Below are positions 29,755-39,557 of a stretch of 64,000 bases of DNA, one piece after another. The position numbers were made by a program, and so were the translations under genes. The notes under the pieces were generated by a model. The model was not told where the DNA came from. It did no database searches and saw only the letters and a list, made by a program, of their open reading frames with translations. The stretch covers positions 1,312,001-1,376,000 of the forward strand of contig OZ219747.1 of NCBI GenBank assembly GCA_964291265.2, given 5' to 3'. Source of the stretch: Alphaproteobacteria bacterium. Lineage in GTDB: Bacteria > Pseudomonadota > Alphaproteobacteria > SP197. Positions within the stretch are counted from its first letter, which is position 1; each line of letters begins with the position of its first letter.

Positions 29755-30987
29755 ATGGCCCTGGCACTCGACGGCATCGTGGTTCTCGATCTTTCGCGCA
29801 TTCTCGCCGGTCCCTGGTGCACCCAGATCCTCGCCGATCTGGGGGCGACGGTGATCAAGGTCGAAAGGCCGGGAACCGGAGATGACACACGGACATGGGG
29901 ACCCCCCTACCTGAAGGACGGCGACGGCAAGGACACCTCGGAGGCGGCTTATTATCTCGCGGCCAACCGTGGCAAGCAGTCGCTGACGCTCAACATCGCG
30001 ACCCCCCGGGGAGGGGCGATCGCCCGCGAACTCGCCGCCAGGGCGGATGTCCTGGTCGAGAACTACAAGGTCGGCGGCCTCGAAAAATACGGTCTCGACT
30101 ACGCCGGTCTTCGCTCCCTCAACTCCGGACTCATCTACTGTTCGATCACCGGCTTCGGACAGACCGGTCCCTATGCGGCACGGGCCGGCTACGATTTCGT
30201 CATCCAGGGCCTGTGCGGATTCATGTCGGTCACCGGGGAACGCGACGACCTGCCGGGCGGAGGACCGCAAAAGGCCGGTATCGCCGTTGCCGACCTGACC
30301 ACCGGCCTGTACAGCGCCATCGCCATTCTTGCCGCCCTCAATCACCGCCATGCGACCGGTGAGGGGCAGTACATCGACATGGCGCTGTCCGATTGCGCCG
30401 TGGCGCTCATGGCCAACATGAACATGAACTATCTCACCACAGGCGTCGCGCCGAAGCGCTACGGCAATGCCCATCCGAACCTGTTACCCTACCAGGTGTT
30501 CGACACGGCTGACGATCCCATCATCATCGCCATCGGCAACGATACGCAGTTCCGCCGCTGGTGCGATCTCGCCGAGGCGCCGGAACTGGCCGATGACGAA
30601 CGCTTTGCCACCAATCCGGCTCGCGTCCGTCATCGCGAACTCCTGGTGGCAAAGGTCGTCGAACGGATGAAGCGCCGTCCCCGTTCCTGGTGGGTCGAGC
30701 ACCTGGAGAGAGAGGGCATTCCCTGTGGCGTGGTGAACAACTTCCGGCAGGTCTACGAGGATCCGCACATCCAGGCGCGCGGCATGAAGTTCGAGATGGA
30801 CCATCCGCTCGCCGACACGATTCCCCTGGTCCGCAGTCCGGTCAACCTCGAAGACTCTCCTCCCGCCTATCAGCGTCCGCCGCCGCTTCTGGGTGAACAC
30901 ACCCGGGCGATTCTCGCCCATATGCTCGACAAGTCCGACGAGGAAATCGCTGAACTGGAGGCCGACGGGGTCGTCAGCTGCTCCTGA
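29755..30987 (+). CDS. CaiB/BaiF family III CoA-transferase
   Basis: DLSRILAGP, ANRGKQS, SITGFGQTGP and GYD motifs. Confidence 0.95.
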   Translation: MALALDGIVVLDLSRILAGPWCTQILADLGATVIKVERPGTGDDTRTWGPPYLKDGDGKDTSEAAYYLAANRGKQSLTLNIATPRGGAIARELAARADVLVENYKVGGLEKYGLDYAGLRSLNSGLIYCSITGFGQTGPYAARAGYDFVIQGLCGFMSVTGERDDLPGGGPQKAGIAVADLTTGLYSAIAILAALNHRHATGEGQYIDMALSDCAVALMANMNMNYLTTGVAPKRYGNAHPNLLPYQVFDTADDPIIIAIGNDTQFRRWCDLAEAPELADDERFATNPARVRHRELLVAKVVERMKRRPRSWWVEHLEREGIPCGVVNNFRQVYEDPHIQARGMKFEMDHPLADTIPLVRSPVNLEDSPPAYQRPPPLLGEHTRAILAHMLDKSDEEIAELEADGVVSCS

Positions 30988-31624
30988 AGGCGTTCTTCAG
31001 GAAGAGGGCCGCAAAGCCCAGGGATTCGGGATCGATACCGTGTCCCATACCCCGGCAGACATGCCACTGGACGGGTACGTCGTGCTGGCCGAGTGCGTCG
31101 ACCGCGCTGTGCAGCATGGCGAAGGGAACCACTTGGTCGGCATCGCCGTGACACAGGAAGACCGGCGGCCGGCAGGCGATCTCCCGGCCAAGACTCTCTT
31201 CCTCGATCAGCATACCGGAAAACCCCGCCACGGCAGCGACCGGTCGCCGTCGACGCAGCGCCACATGGAGCGCCATCATGCAACCCTGGCTGAATCCCAG
31301 GAGGGCAAGGGCACGGTCATCCAGGCCGAGGCGTTCAAGCTCCGAATCGACCCAGGCATTGATCATGTCGCTGGCCCGGTCGATGCCCTGTCGCACGCGT
31401 TCGGGGCACCGCTCCATCAGGGAATACCACTGGCGTCCGGCAGGATCCTGATCACACGGGTCGGGAGCATCGGGGCTGCTGATCCGCGCCTGGGGGAGGG
31501 CTGACTGCAGGGGGCCGGCAAGACCGATCAGGTCGTTGCCGTTGGCCCCCCAGCCATGCAGCAACACGACAAGCTGGCATGCATTTCCCTTTCGGGGCGG
31601 CACGGCTGGTCCTGACAAGGGCAT
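30974..31624 (-). CDS. Phospholipase/carboxylesterase (alpha/beta hydrolase)
   Basis: LHGWG, GFSQG, HGDAD and GHGI motifs. Confidence 0.92.
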   Translation of the reverse strand: MPLSGPAVPPRKGNACQLVVLLHGWGANGNDLIGLAGPLQSALPQARISSPDAPDPCDQDPAGRQWYSLMERCPERVRQGIDRASDMINAWVDSELERLGLDDRALALLGFSQGCMMALHVALRRRRPVAAVAGFSGMLIEEESLGREIACRPPVFLCHGDADQVVPFAMLHSAVDALGQHDVPVQWHVCRGMGHGIDPESLGFAALFLKNAFRSS

Positions 31625-31743
31625 GGCGGTCTACTCCCCGGACGATGAGACCATCTCGCGCAGGATCTGTCCTGTCCCTCGTCGTTGTCCAGACCTTCCA
31701 TGCCGGCGCGGAGACTGTATCGTCGATGAGAGGGGTTCCGCCC

Positions 31744-32583
31744 ATGTCCGTCATCGTCACGCGTTTCGCGCCATCTCCAACCGGGTTGCTGCACATCGGC
31801 CACGTTTTCTCGGCTCTCGAGGGCCGGCGTCTGGCCCGCGACAACCGGGGAAGGTTTCTCCTGCGCATCGAGGATATCGACCGGGCACGTTGCCGCGACA
31901 CCTTCGAGCAGGCCATCCTGGAGGATCTCGCCTGGCTCGGCATCGACTGGGACGGCGAGGTCCGGCGCCAGTCGGACCATCTCGCCGTCTACGCCTCGGT
32001 TCTCGCCGAACTGCGGGTACGCCGGCTCGTCTACCCGTGTTTCTGCACGCGCCGCCAGATCGCCCGGGAGGTCGAACTGGCGCAGGCAGCGCCCCATGGC
32101 CCGCTGGGCCTCATCTATCCTGGAACCTGTCGCACGCTCGCCGCTGCAGAGGTCGAGGCAAGACTGGAGGCCGGCGACCATCACGCCTGGCGGCTCGATG
32201 TCACGCGGGCAATGGACGAGACGGGCCCGTTGGCATGGCGCACGCTCGAAGGCAGCACGATCCCGGTCGATACGGGGATAGCCGGTGACGTGGTTCTGGC
32301 ACGCAAGGACATTCCCACCAGCTATCACCTTGCCGTTACCCATGACGACCATGTCCAGGGCGTGACGGTGGTCACGCGGGGCTGCGATCTCGCCCCCGCC
32401 ACCCATGTCCACTGCTTGATCCGCCGGCTCATGGGCTGGAAGGAACCGCTCCATCGCCACCACCGCCTGCTTCTCGGAGAGGACGGCCGGCGTCATGCCA
32501 AGCGCGATGGCTCGGTAACGGTCCGGTCGTTGCGCGAATCGGGTCTGACGCCCGAAGAGGTGCTCGCCATGGCACGGCCATGA
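31744..32583 (+). CDS. gluQ: Glutamyl-Q tRNA(Asp) synthetase
   Basis: RFAPSPTGLLHIGH, LRIEDID, YPCFCTR and YPGTCR motifs; short, with no anticodon-binding domain. Confidence 0.92.
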   Translation: MSVIVTRFAPSPTGLLHIGHVFSALEGRRLARDNRGRFLLRIEDIDRARCRDTFEQAILEDLAWLGIDWDGEVRRQSDHLAVYASVLAELRVRRLVYPCFCTRRQIAREVELAQAAPHGPLGLIYPGTCRTLAAAEVEARLEAGDHHAWRLDVTRAMDETGPLAWRTLEGSTIPVDTGIAGDVVLARKDIPTSYHLAVTHDDHVQGVTVVTRGCDLAPATHVHCLIRRLMGWKEPLHRHHRLLLGEDGRRHAKRDGSVTVRSLRESGLTPEEVLAMARP

Positions 32584-32848
32584 TGACCCCGTCGTCGGTC
32601 GAACAGGCGACGGGGCCCTCTCGAAAGGACGGCGCCAGGCTCGTCCGGTCCGATCGCGTCCATTCTCGCTCTGAGGCCGGCCGACACGAACGGCCTCCCG
32701 TGGTGGCCGTGAATGCGGGAAAACCTGCCTTGGAAATCTCTCTGTCACTCGCAGGAACCGTCGAGCGGAATCACACAGCGGCGATGGCGCCGCCAGGACT
32801 GATCGGGGAGTATCTGCCGCATGTGCTCCAACATGGAGGAAGGGACCC

Positions 32849-33799
32849 GTGATGATGACGTCGATCTTCGATTCCAGGGTCTACCGTCCCACCGCCGGCT
32901 TCATGGATGCGCCCGTCACCTGGACTCTCGACGGCTGCCGTCTGGCGATCGTCGGCATGCCCTTTGACTGTGGCATTCATCCGACACGCATCGGGTCACG
33001 CCTGGGACCGGCGTCCATTCGCCAGCAGTCCGGACTTGTGCGTCCCTATCATCCGCCTCTCGATGACACCAACCCGCTGAGCGCACTCGGTGTCATCGAC
33101 TGCGGCGATGCCCTGATAACGCCAGGCCGTCCCGAACCTTCCTTCGAGGTCATGGAGGAAGCGGTGTGGCGGATTGCCCGCGAGGGTGTGGCGACACTGA
33201 CGATGGGAGGCGACGGTCTCGTCACGTTGCCACAGTTGCGCGCCTGGCGCCGGGTCCATGACGACCTCTGCGTCATCCATGTCGATGCCCACACCGACGC
33301 CTATCCAGCCACCGGCCAGGATCGCATCTCGCCCGCCACCACGTTCACCATTGCCGCCGAGGAAAACCTGATCGATGCCGCCTCCACGTTCCACGTCGGT
33401 GCTCGCGGCCCGGTTTTCATGGGCGGCGTGTTCGAGCACACGAAGGCCATCGGCTATCACCTCATTCCCGATGTCGAGATGCGGCGACAGGGCCTCGAGG
33501 CCACCGCCGCCCTGCTGCAGGAGCGCCTTGCCGGCCGCAAGGTCTACCTGTGCTGGGACATGGACGTCTTCGATCCGTCCTGCGCTCCCGGTGTCGCCAC
33601 GCCGACCTGGGAAGGTCTCAGCGCCGCCGAGGGACTGGGTTTCCTGCGCTCACTGGCCGGTCTCGACATCGTCTCGGTCGATGTCAACACGGTTTCACCG
33701 CCCCACGACGTGGGTGGCATGACCGCCTACCTCGCCGGTTGCGTCATGCTGGAGGGCATGCGTCTCGTTGCAGCTTCCCCGTCCCTTGGTCGACAATGA
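32849..33799 (+). CDS. Agmatinase/ureohydrolase family protein
   Basis: GGDG, DAHTD and DMDVFDPSCAPGVATP motifs. Confidence 0.9.
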   Translation: MMMTSIFDSRVYRPTAGFMDAPVTWTLDGCRLAIVGMPFDCGIHPTRIGSRLGPASIRQQSGLVRPYHPPLDDTNPLSALGVIDCGDALITPGRPEPSFEVMEEAVWRIAREGVATLTMGGDGLVTLPQLRAWRRVHDDLCVIHVDAHTDAYPATGQDRISPATTFTIAAEENLIDAASTFHVGARGPVFMGGVFEHTKAIGYHLIPDVEMRRQGLEATAALLQERLAGRKVYLCWDMDVFDPSCAPGVATPTWEGLSAAEGLGFLRSLAGLDIVSVDVNTVSPPHDVGGMTAYLAGCVMLEGMRLVAASPSLGRQ

Positions 33800-33998
33800 T
33801 CCCGGCTGCCGGCCGAGTCGTCCTGTCGGGTCTGCTGTCCAGGTGCCCATGAACGGAGCACGCCGGTCGGCATTCCGGCTTCCCTGAGACAGCTTCCGAC
33901 TCTCCCCGAAGGGCAAGCCCGGTCACAGTGCGCATCGAAGGCCGCTCGTGCGGCGGTCCCGCGCTGTCGGCGCGGCAACGTGGAATTCCTCGCGTCAC

Positions 33999-34029
33999 TT
34001 GACATGCCGGGAAAGAACAAATAAAGAAC
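33999..34029 (+). promoter_or_regulatory. imuA promoter with an alphaproteobacterial LexA (SOS) box
   Basis: TTGACA at 33999; GAAC-AAATAAA-GAAC at 34015-34029, just before the ATG. Confidence 0.88.
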
Positions 34030-34033
34030 AAAC

Positions 34034-34879
34034 ATGACTTCCTCCTGTTCCCCCGAAAGAGTGGACGCCGGCTCCGGTGCGCCTGCCGCCTCGAAGGGCG
34101 GCGGCCTTGCAGTGCTGCGCCGGCGCGTCGCGGCACTGGAGCGGCGCTCGCCGGGACCGGCGAATCCCGTTGACCTGCGGCAGTCCTGGCGAACCGGGAT
34201 CGAGGCGCTGGACGGAGCGCTGCCGACGGCATCCGGACTGATCCTGGACGGGGTGCACGAAGCGGCCGGCGCATCCCCGGCCGACCGACCGGCGGCCCTG
34301 GCCTTTCTTGCCGCCCTGCTGATCCGACTCGACCGGCACGGTCCGGTGACGGTCTGCCAGGGTCCCGGCAGTGTCGCCCGGCTGGGCCGACTCTACGGAC
34401 CGGGCTGGCGGGATCTCGGCGCGGATCCGGCGGACCTGGTGATCGTCGAGGTCCGGCACGAACGGGATGTCCTGTGGGTGATGGAGGAGAGTTTGCGCAG
34501 TGGCGCGGCTGCGGCGGTTCTCGGCGAGACGGAACAGCTTGCCTTCGTCGCCAGTCGTCGCCTGGCGCTGGCTGCGCGCGAGGGTGGGACACCCTTGCTG
34601 CTGCTGCGCGGCGACGGGCTCGCTTCGGCGAGCGCCGCCTTCTCGCGCTGGCGTGTTGCGGCGTGGCCGGGTTCTGCCTCGCCGTTCGACGACGCCGCTC
34701 CCGGCCTGCCTCGCTGGCGCCTGGAGTTGACGCGCTGCCGGGGCGGGCGGCCCGTGGCCTCTATCGTGGAGTGGAACCGTGAGACGGGTGATTTCGATAT
34801 GGTTGCCACGCTGGCCGATCGACCGGCTGCGCTGCACGCGGCGGCTCGCCGCCCCGCCCTCGGGCGGGCTGCCGGCTGA
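34034..34879 (+). CDS. imuA: ImuA
   Basis: RecA-like fragments (TGIEALDGAL, LW.MEESLR, SRRLALAA) and first position in the cassette. Confidence 0.88.
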   Translation: MTSSCSPERVDAGSGAPAASKGGGLAVLRRRVAALERRSPGPANPVDLRQSWRTGIEALDGALPTASGLILDGVHEAAGASPADRPAALAFLAALLIRLDRHGPVTVCQGPGSVARLGRLYGPGWRDLGADPADLVIVEVRHERDVLWVMEESLRSGAAAAVLGETEQLAFVASRRLALAAREGGTPLLLLRGDGLASASAAFSRWRVAAWPGSASPFDDAAPGLPRWRLELTRCRGGRPVASIVEWNRETGDFDMVATLADRPAALHAAARRPALGRAAG

Positions 34880-36332
34880 ACCGCTTCCGTTCGCGCTTAC
34901 CGCGCCGGGCCGGCACGGCGTGGTGCTGGCGGCGGTCGACCGGCAGGCCGAAGCGGGAGGGCTTGTCACCGGCATGCGGCTGGCGGACGCCCGCGCCCTC
35001 CTGCCCCGCCTCGCCACCGCCGGATCCCGGCCTGAAGAAGACCGGCGTGGTCTTGAACGCCTCGCACTGTGGTGCCGCCGCTTCACGCCCTCGAGCGCGG
35101 TCGACGGTGTGGATGGCCTGCTGCTCGACATCACGGGCTGCGCCCATCTCTTCGGCGGCGAGGCGGCGATGACGGTGGAGGTGGAGTCGCGCCTTGCGGG
35201 GCTTGGTTTCGAGACGCAGGTTGGCCTTGCCGACACTCCCGCTGCCGCCTGGGCGCTCGCCCGCTTCGGCGACGGGGCCCGGCGCATCGCCGAACCCTGC
35301 CGGACCCTGGCCGTTCTGGCGCCATTGCCGGTCGAGGCGCTCGGGCTTGCATCTGAAGACACCCGCCTGTTGCGCCGCCTCGGCCTTGCGACCGTCGGTG
35401 TGGTGGAAGCCTTGCCGCGCGCGGCGCTTGCCCGCCGCTTCGGCCGGCCCAGTGGTGCCGTGCTGCACCGTCTCGACTGCGCCCTCGGGCGCCGCGCCGA
35501 CCCTGTTGCGTCCCTGCCGCCGCCTGCCTGCCTTGCACGCCTTGCCTTTGCGGAGCCGCTGATCGATCTCGCGGCGCTGGAGGCGGCTCTGGCACGTCTG
35601 CTGGACAGTCTCTCTGCCTCGCTGGAGCGGAAAGGACTGGGCGTGCGGGGACTCGTGCTCCTGCTCTTCCGGGTGGATGGCGGCACGGCGCGATGCCGTG
35701 TTTCCACCGCACGCGCCACCCGAGATAGCGCACATCTTGGAGGCCTCTTCGCTGGAAAGATCGAGACCGTGGACCCCGGTTTCGGGATCGACGCCATGGT
35801 GCTCCACGCGGTTTGCACCGAGCCGCTGGCGCCGGAGCAATACCGGCTGGCGGTTGGCGGACCGCAGGGCAGGGACGGCGAATTCGCCCGCCTGATCGAT
35901 CGCCTGCAGGCCCGCCTCGGGAAGGGGTCCGTCTTTCGCCTCGAACCGGTCGCAAGCCACCTGCCGGAGCGCGCCGAGCGGCGGACGTCCCCCGATGGCA
36001 AGGACGCGATGCGGCCCGCGCCGCCAGGGATGCCGCAACGGCCCCTGCGCCTGTTCGACCGGCCCGAGCCGGTGGACGCCGCAGCGCAAGGACCGGACGG
36101 ACCGCCGGTGATGTTCACCTGGCGCCGGCTCCGCTGCCGCATCGTCCGCGCCGAGGGTCCCGAGCGCATCGAGCCGGAATGGTGGGCCGGCGCTCTGGAG
36201 GAGAGGCCACGCGACTATTACCGTGTCGAGGATCAGGACGGCCGCCGCTACTGGCTCTTCCGCGCCGGACTCTGCCGGGACGCCGGTGGCAAGGGGCCGC
36301 CCCGCTGGTACATCCACGGGCTTTACGGATGA
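34779..36332 (+). CDS. imuB: ImuB (inactive Y-family polymerase)
   Basis: SIWLPRWPIDR, LLDITGCAHLFGGE, GPERIEPEWW, RDYYRVED and WYIHG motifs. Confidence 0.92.
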   Translation: MRRVISIWLPRWPIDRLRCTRRLAAPPSGGLPAEPLPFALTAPGRHGVVLAAVDRQAEAGGLVTGMRLADARALLPRLATAGSRPEEDRRGLERLALWCRRFTPSSAVDGVDGLLLDITGCAHLFGGEAAMTVEVESRLAGLGFETQVGLADTPAAAWALARFGDGARRIAEPCRTLAVLAPLPVEALGLASEDTRLLRRLGLATVGVVEALPRAALARRFGRPSGAVLHRLDCALGRRADPVASLPPPACLARLAFAEPLIDLAALEAALARLLDSLSASLERKGLGVRGLVLLLFRVDGGTARCRVSTARATRDSAHLGGLFAGKIETVDPGFGIDAMVLHAVCTEPLAPEQYRLAVGGPQGRDGEFARLIDRLQARLGKGSVFRLEPVASHLPERAERRTSPDGKDAMRPAPPGMPQRPLRLFDRPEPVDAAAQGPDGPPVMFTWRRLRCRIVRAEGPERIEPEWWAGALEERPRDYYRVEDQDGRRYWLFRAGLCRDAGGKGPPRWYIHGLYG

Positions 36333-39300
36333 GCAGCGTCGCTTATGCGGAATTGCAGGCGAGCAGCAATTTCAGCTTCCTGCGCGGCGCTTCCCATGTG
36401 GAAGAGCTGGTGGAGGAGGCCGCGCGACTCGGACTCGCGGCCATCGGCATTGCCGACCGCAACACCCTTGCCGGCGCAGTGCGTGCCCACGTGGCGGCGA
36501 AGCGTGCCGGCATCCGACTCCTGACCGGGGCGCGGCTCGACCTTGCCGACCGCACCTCGCTGCTCTGCTACCCCCGCGACCGCGCTGCCTGGGGCCGCCT
36601 CTGCCGCTTGCTCACTCTCGGTCAGCAGCGTGTGGGCAAGGGCGAATGCCTGCTCTACCGGGAGGACCTGCTTGCCCATGCCGAGGGGCAGCTGCTGATC
36701 GCGCTGCCCCCGGAAGACGGCAGCGGCAAGGGTTTCGAGACGAGGCTCGCCAGGCTCCGCCGCGCGCATGGCGGGCCGTTCTATCTCGCCGCGCACATGC
36801 TCCGCCGAGGCGGCGACCGCGCCCGTCTCCACCGCCTGGCGACGCTTGCGGAATGCACCGGTACGCCGCTTCTGGCCACCAACGACGTCCATTACCACCA
36901 TCCGGGGCGACGACCGCTTCATGATGTGCTGACGGCCGTTCGCGAGCATGTGACCGTGGCGCAGGCGGGCTGGCGCCTCGCCGCCAATGCCGAGCGCCAC
37001 CTCAAGGAGGGAGGCGAGATCGCACGTCTCTTCCGAGGTCATGAGGAAGCGGTGGCGCGGAGTCTCGAAGCCGTTTCCCTTTGCCGCTTCAGTCTCGACG
37101 AGATCGCCTATGAATATCCCGATGAGCCGGTGCCGCCCGGTTCCACGCCGCAGCGCCATCTGGAGGCGCTCGTCCGGAAGGGTGCGGCCTGGCGTTATCC
37201 GGACGGCATCCCGGAGAAGGTCTCCGCCGCGCTCCGCCACGAGCTCGGGCTGATCGATGAACTGGACTATGCGCCCTATTTCCTCACCGTTCACGACATC
37301 GTGTGTTTTGCCAGGAAGAAAGGCATTCTCTGCCAGGGGCGGGGATCGGCGGCGAACTCGGCCGTCTGCTACTGTCTCGGCATCACCGCCATCGATCCGG
37401 TGCGGATCGACCTGCTGTTCGAGCGCTTCGTCTCCCGTGAGCGCCGCGAGCCACCCGATATCGACGTCGATTTCGAGCATGAGAAGCGTGAGCAGGTGAT
37501 CCGGTACATCTACGAGCGCTACGGCCGCGAACGTGCCGGGATCGCCGCCACCGTCATCTCCTACCGCGCCCGCAGCGCCGTGCGTGATGTGGGGAAGGCA
37601 ATGGGACTCTCCGAGGATACCGCCGCGGCGCTGGCTGCCGCCGTCCGCGACATGCACCATGAGGGCGCGTCCGAACGGCGTCTCCGCGAGGCCGGGCTTG
37701 ACCCTGCCGATCCGCTGCTCCGCCGGACCGTCGCGCTCGCGGCGGAACTGCAGGGCTTCCCCCGCCATCTCTCGCAGCATGTCGGCGGCTTCGTTCTGAC
37801 GCGCGACCGACTCGACGAGATCGTGCCCATCGGCAATGCGGGGATGAAGGATCGCACCTTCATCGAATGGGACAAGGACGACCTCAAGGCGCTCGGCCTC
37901 ATGAAGATCGACGTACTCGGTCTCGGCATGCTGACCTGCATCCGCAAGGCCTTCGAACTTCTGGGCGCGTTCAAGGGCCTGGACCTCGCGCTCGCCACCG
38001 TGCCGATGGAGGACGGGCAGGTCTACGACATGCTCTGCCGGGCCGACACGATAGGCGTCTTCCAGGTCGAGAGCCGGGCGCAGATGAACATGCTGCCGCG
38101 GTTGAAGCCACGGTGCTTCTACGATCTGGTGATCGAGGTGGCGATCGTGCGGCCGGGCCCGATCCAGGGCGACATGGTGCATCCCTATCTGCGCCGGCGG
38201 GACGGGCTGGAAAAAGTGATCTATCCGGCGCCCGCGCCCGAGCACGGGCCGCCGGACGAGTTGCGCGAGATCCTGGAGAAGACACTCGGCGTGCCGCTCT
38301 TCCAGGAACAGGCGATGCACATCGCCATGAGGGCTGCCCGGTTCACGCCGGATGAGGCCAATGTGCTGCGCCATGCCATGGCGACCTTCCGCAAGCGTGG
38401 CACGCTCGGCCGCTTGCGGGACCGAATGGTGGACCGGATGACCGCGCGCGGCTACGACCCGGAACTTGCGGCGCGATGCTTTCGCCAGATCGAGGGCTTC
38501 GGGGATTACGGCTTCCCCGAAGCCCATGCCGCGAGCTTTGCACTGCTGGCCTGGGTCTCCTCCTGGCTCAAATGCCACCACCCGGAGGTCTTTGCCTGTG
38601 CGCTGCTCAATTCCCAGCCGATGGGCTTCTATGCTGCCGCCCAGATCGTGCGCGACGCACGCGAACACGGGGTCAAGGTGCTTCCGGTCGATGTTCATGC
38701 GAGCGGCTGGGACAACAACCTGGAGCGCATGGAGGACGGACACCAGGCGCTCAGGCTTGGCTTTCGCCAGATCACCGGTTTCAGCAAGGGGGATGCGAAG
38801 CGCATCGTGGGCGCCCGCGACGGCAGCTCCTGGCCCGATATCGCTGCCATGCAGCGCCACACAGGCCTCGGTGCCGCTGCCATCGAGACGCTGGCCGCCG
38901 CAGACGCCTTCGGCTCCATGGGACTCGACCGGCGCCAGGCCCTCTGGCAGGCCCGTGCCTTGCCGAAGGGAGAGCCGCTGCCATTGTTCGAGGCGGCGAC
39001 GGGACCGGTCGAGGGCGCAGAAACGCCGGCCGCGCTGCCTGTCATGGCGCCGGGCGAGGAGGTTGTCGAGGACTACCGTTCACTCAGGCTTTCGCTTCGG
39101 GCGCATCCGGTCGCCTTCCTGCGCGAGCGCCTGGCGAAGGAGAGCGTGCTTGCGGCCGAGGCGGTGGCCCGTGCCCGGGGCGGCGAGCGCGCATCCACGG
39201 CCGGCCTCGTCCTGGTCCGCCAGCGCCCGGGCAGCGCCAGCGGCGTTGTCTTCATGACGCTGGAAGACGAAACCGGCGTTGTGAACATCGTGGTCTGGCC

Positions 39301-39541
39301 CCGGGTGCTGGAGGATTTCCGCAGGGCGGTGCTGGGCGCGCGTCTCGTCCTGGTCCGGGGGCGCATTCAGCGCGCCGGTGACATCGTCCATCTCGTCGCC
39401 GACCGGCTGGAGGACCGGACCGGCTGGCTCGACCTGTTGACGCCGGAAGACGGGGCCGCGCCGCTGCCAGGCCCCGTCGCCTTCCCCTCGCGCCATCCGC
39501 GGAACGTACGCACGATCCCGGGATCACGCGATTTCCGGTGA
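36329..39541 (+). CDS. dnaE2: Error-prone DNA polymerase DnaE2 (ImuC)
   Basis: PHP domain SNFSFLRGAS, GRGSAANS, PPDIDVDF, OB fold and C-terminal SRDFR. Confidence 0.96.
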   Translation: MSSVAYAELQASSNFSFLRGASHVEELVEEAARLGLAAIGIADRNTLAGAVRAHVAAKRAGIRLLTGARLDLADRTSLLCYPRDRAAWGRLCRLLTLGQQRVGKGECLLYREDLLAHAEGQLLIALPPEDGSGKGFETRLARLRRAHGGPFYLAAHMLRRGGDRARLHRLATLAECTGTPLLATNDVHYHHPGRRPLHDVLTAVREHVTVAQAGWRLAANAERHLKEGGEIARLFRGHEEAVARSLEAVSLCRFSLDEIAYEYPDEPVPPGSTPQRHLEALVRKGAAWRYPDGIPEKVSAALRHELGLIDELDYAPYFLTVHDIVCFARKKGILCQGRGSAANSAVCYCLGITAIDPVRIDLLFERFVSRERREPPDIDVDFEHEKREQVIRYIYERYGRERAGIAATVISYRARSAVRDVGKAMGLSEDTAAALAAAVRDMHHEGASERRLREAGLDPADPLLRRTVALAAELQGFPRHLSQHVGGFVLTRDRLDEIVPIGNAGMKDRTFIEWDKDDLKALGLMKIDVLGLGMLTCIRKAFELLGAFKGLDLALATVPMEDGQVYDMLCRADTIGVFQVESRAQMNMLPRLKPRCFYDLVIEVAIVRPGPIQGDMVHPYLRRRDGLEKVIYPAPAPEHGPPDELREILEKTLGVPLFQEQAMHIAMRAARFTPDEANVLRHAMATFRKRGTLGRLRDRMVDRMTARGYDPELAARCFRQIEGFGDYGFPEAHAASFALLAWVSSWLKCHHPEVFACALLNSQPMGFYAAAQIVRDAREHGVKVLPVDVHASGWDNNLERMEDGHQALRLGFRQITGFSKGDAKRIVGARDGSSWPDIAAMQRHTGLGAAAIETLAAADAFGSMGLDRRQALWQARALPKGEPLPLFEAATGPVEGAETPAALPVMAPGEEVVEDYRSLRLSLRAHPVAFLRERLAKESVLAAEAVARARGGERASTAGLVLVRQRPGSASGVVFMTLEDETGVVNIVVWPRVLEDFRRAVLGARLVLVRGRIQRAGDIVHLVADRLEDRTGWLDLLTPEDGAAPLPGPVAFPSRHPRNVRTIPGSRDFR

Positions 39542-39557
39542 GATGGTGAGCCGGCGC

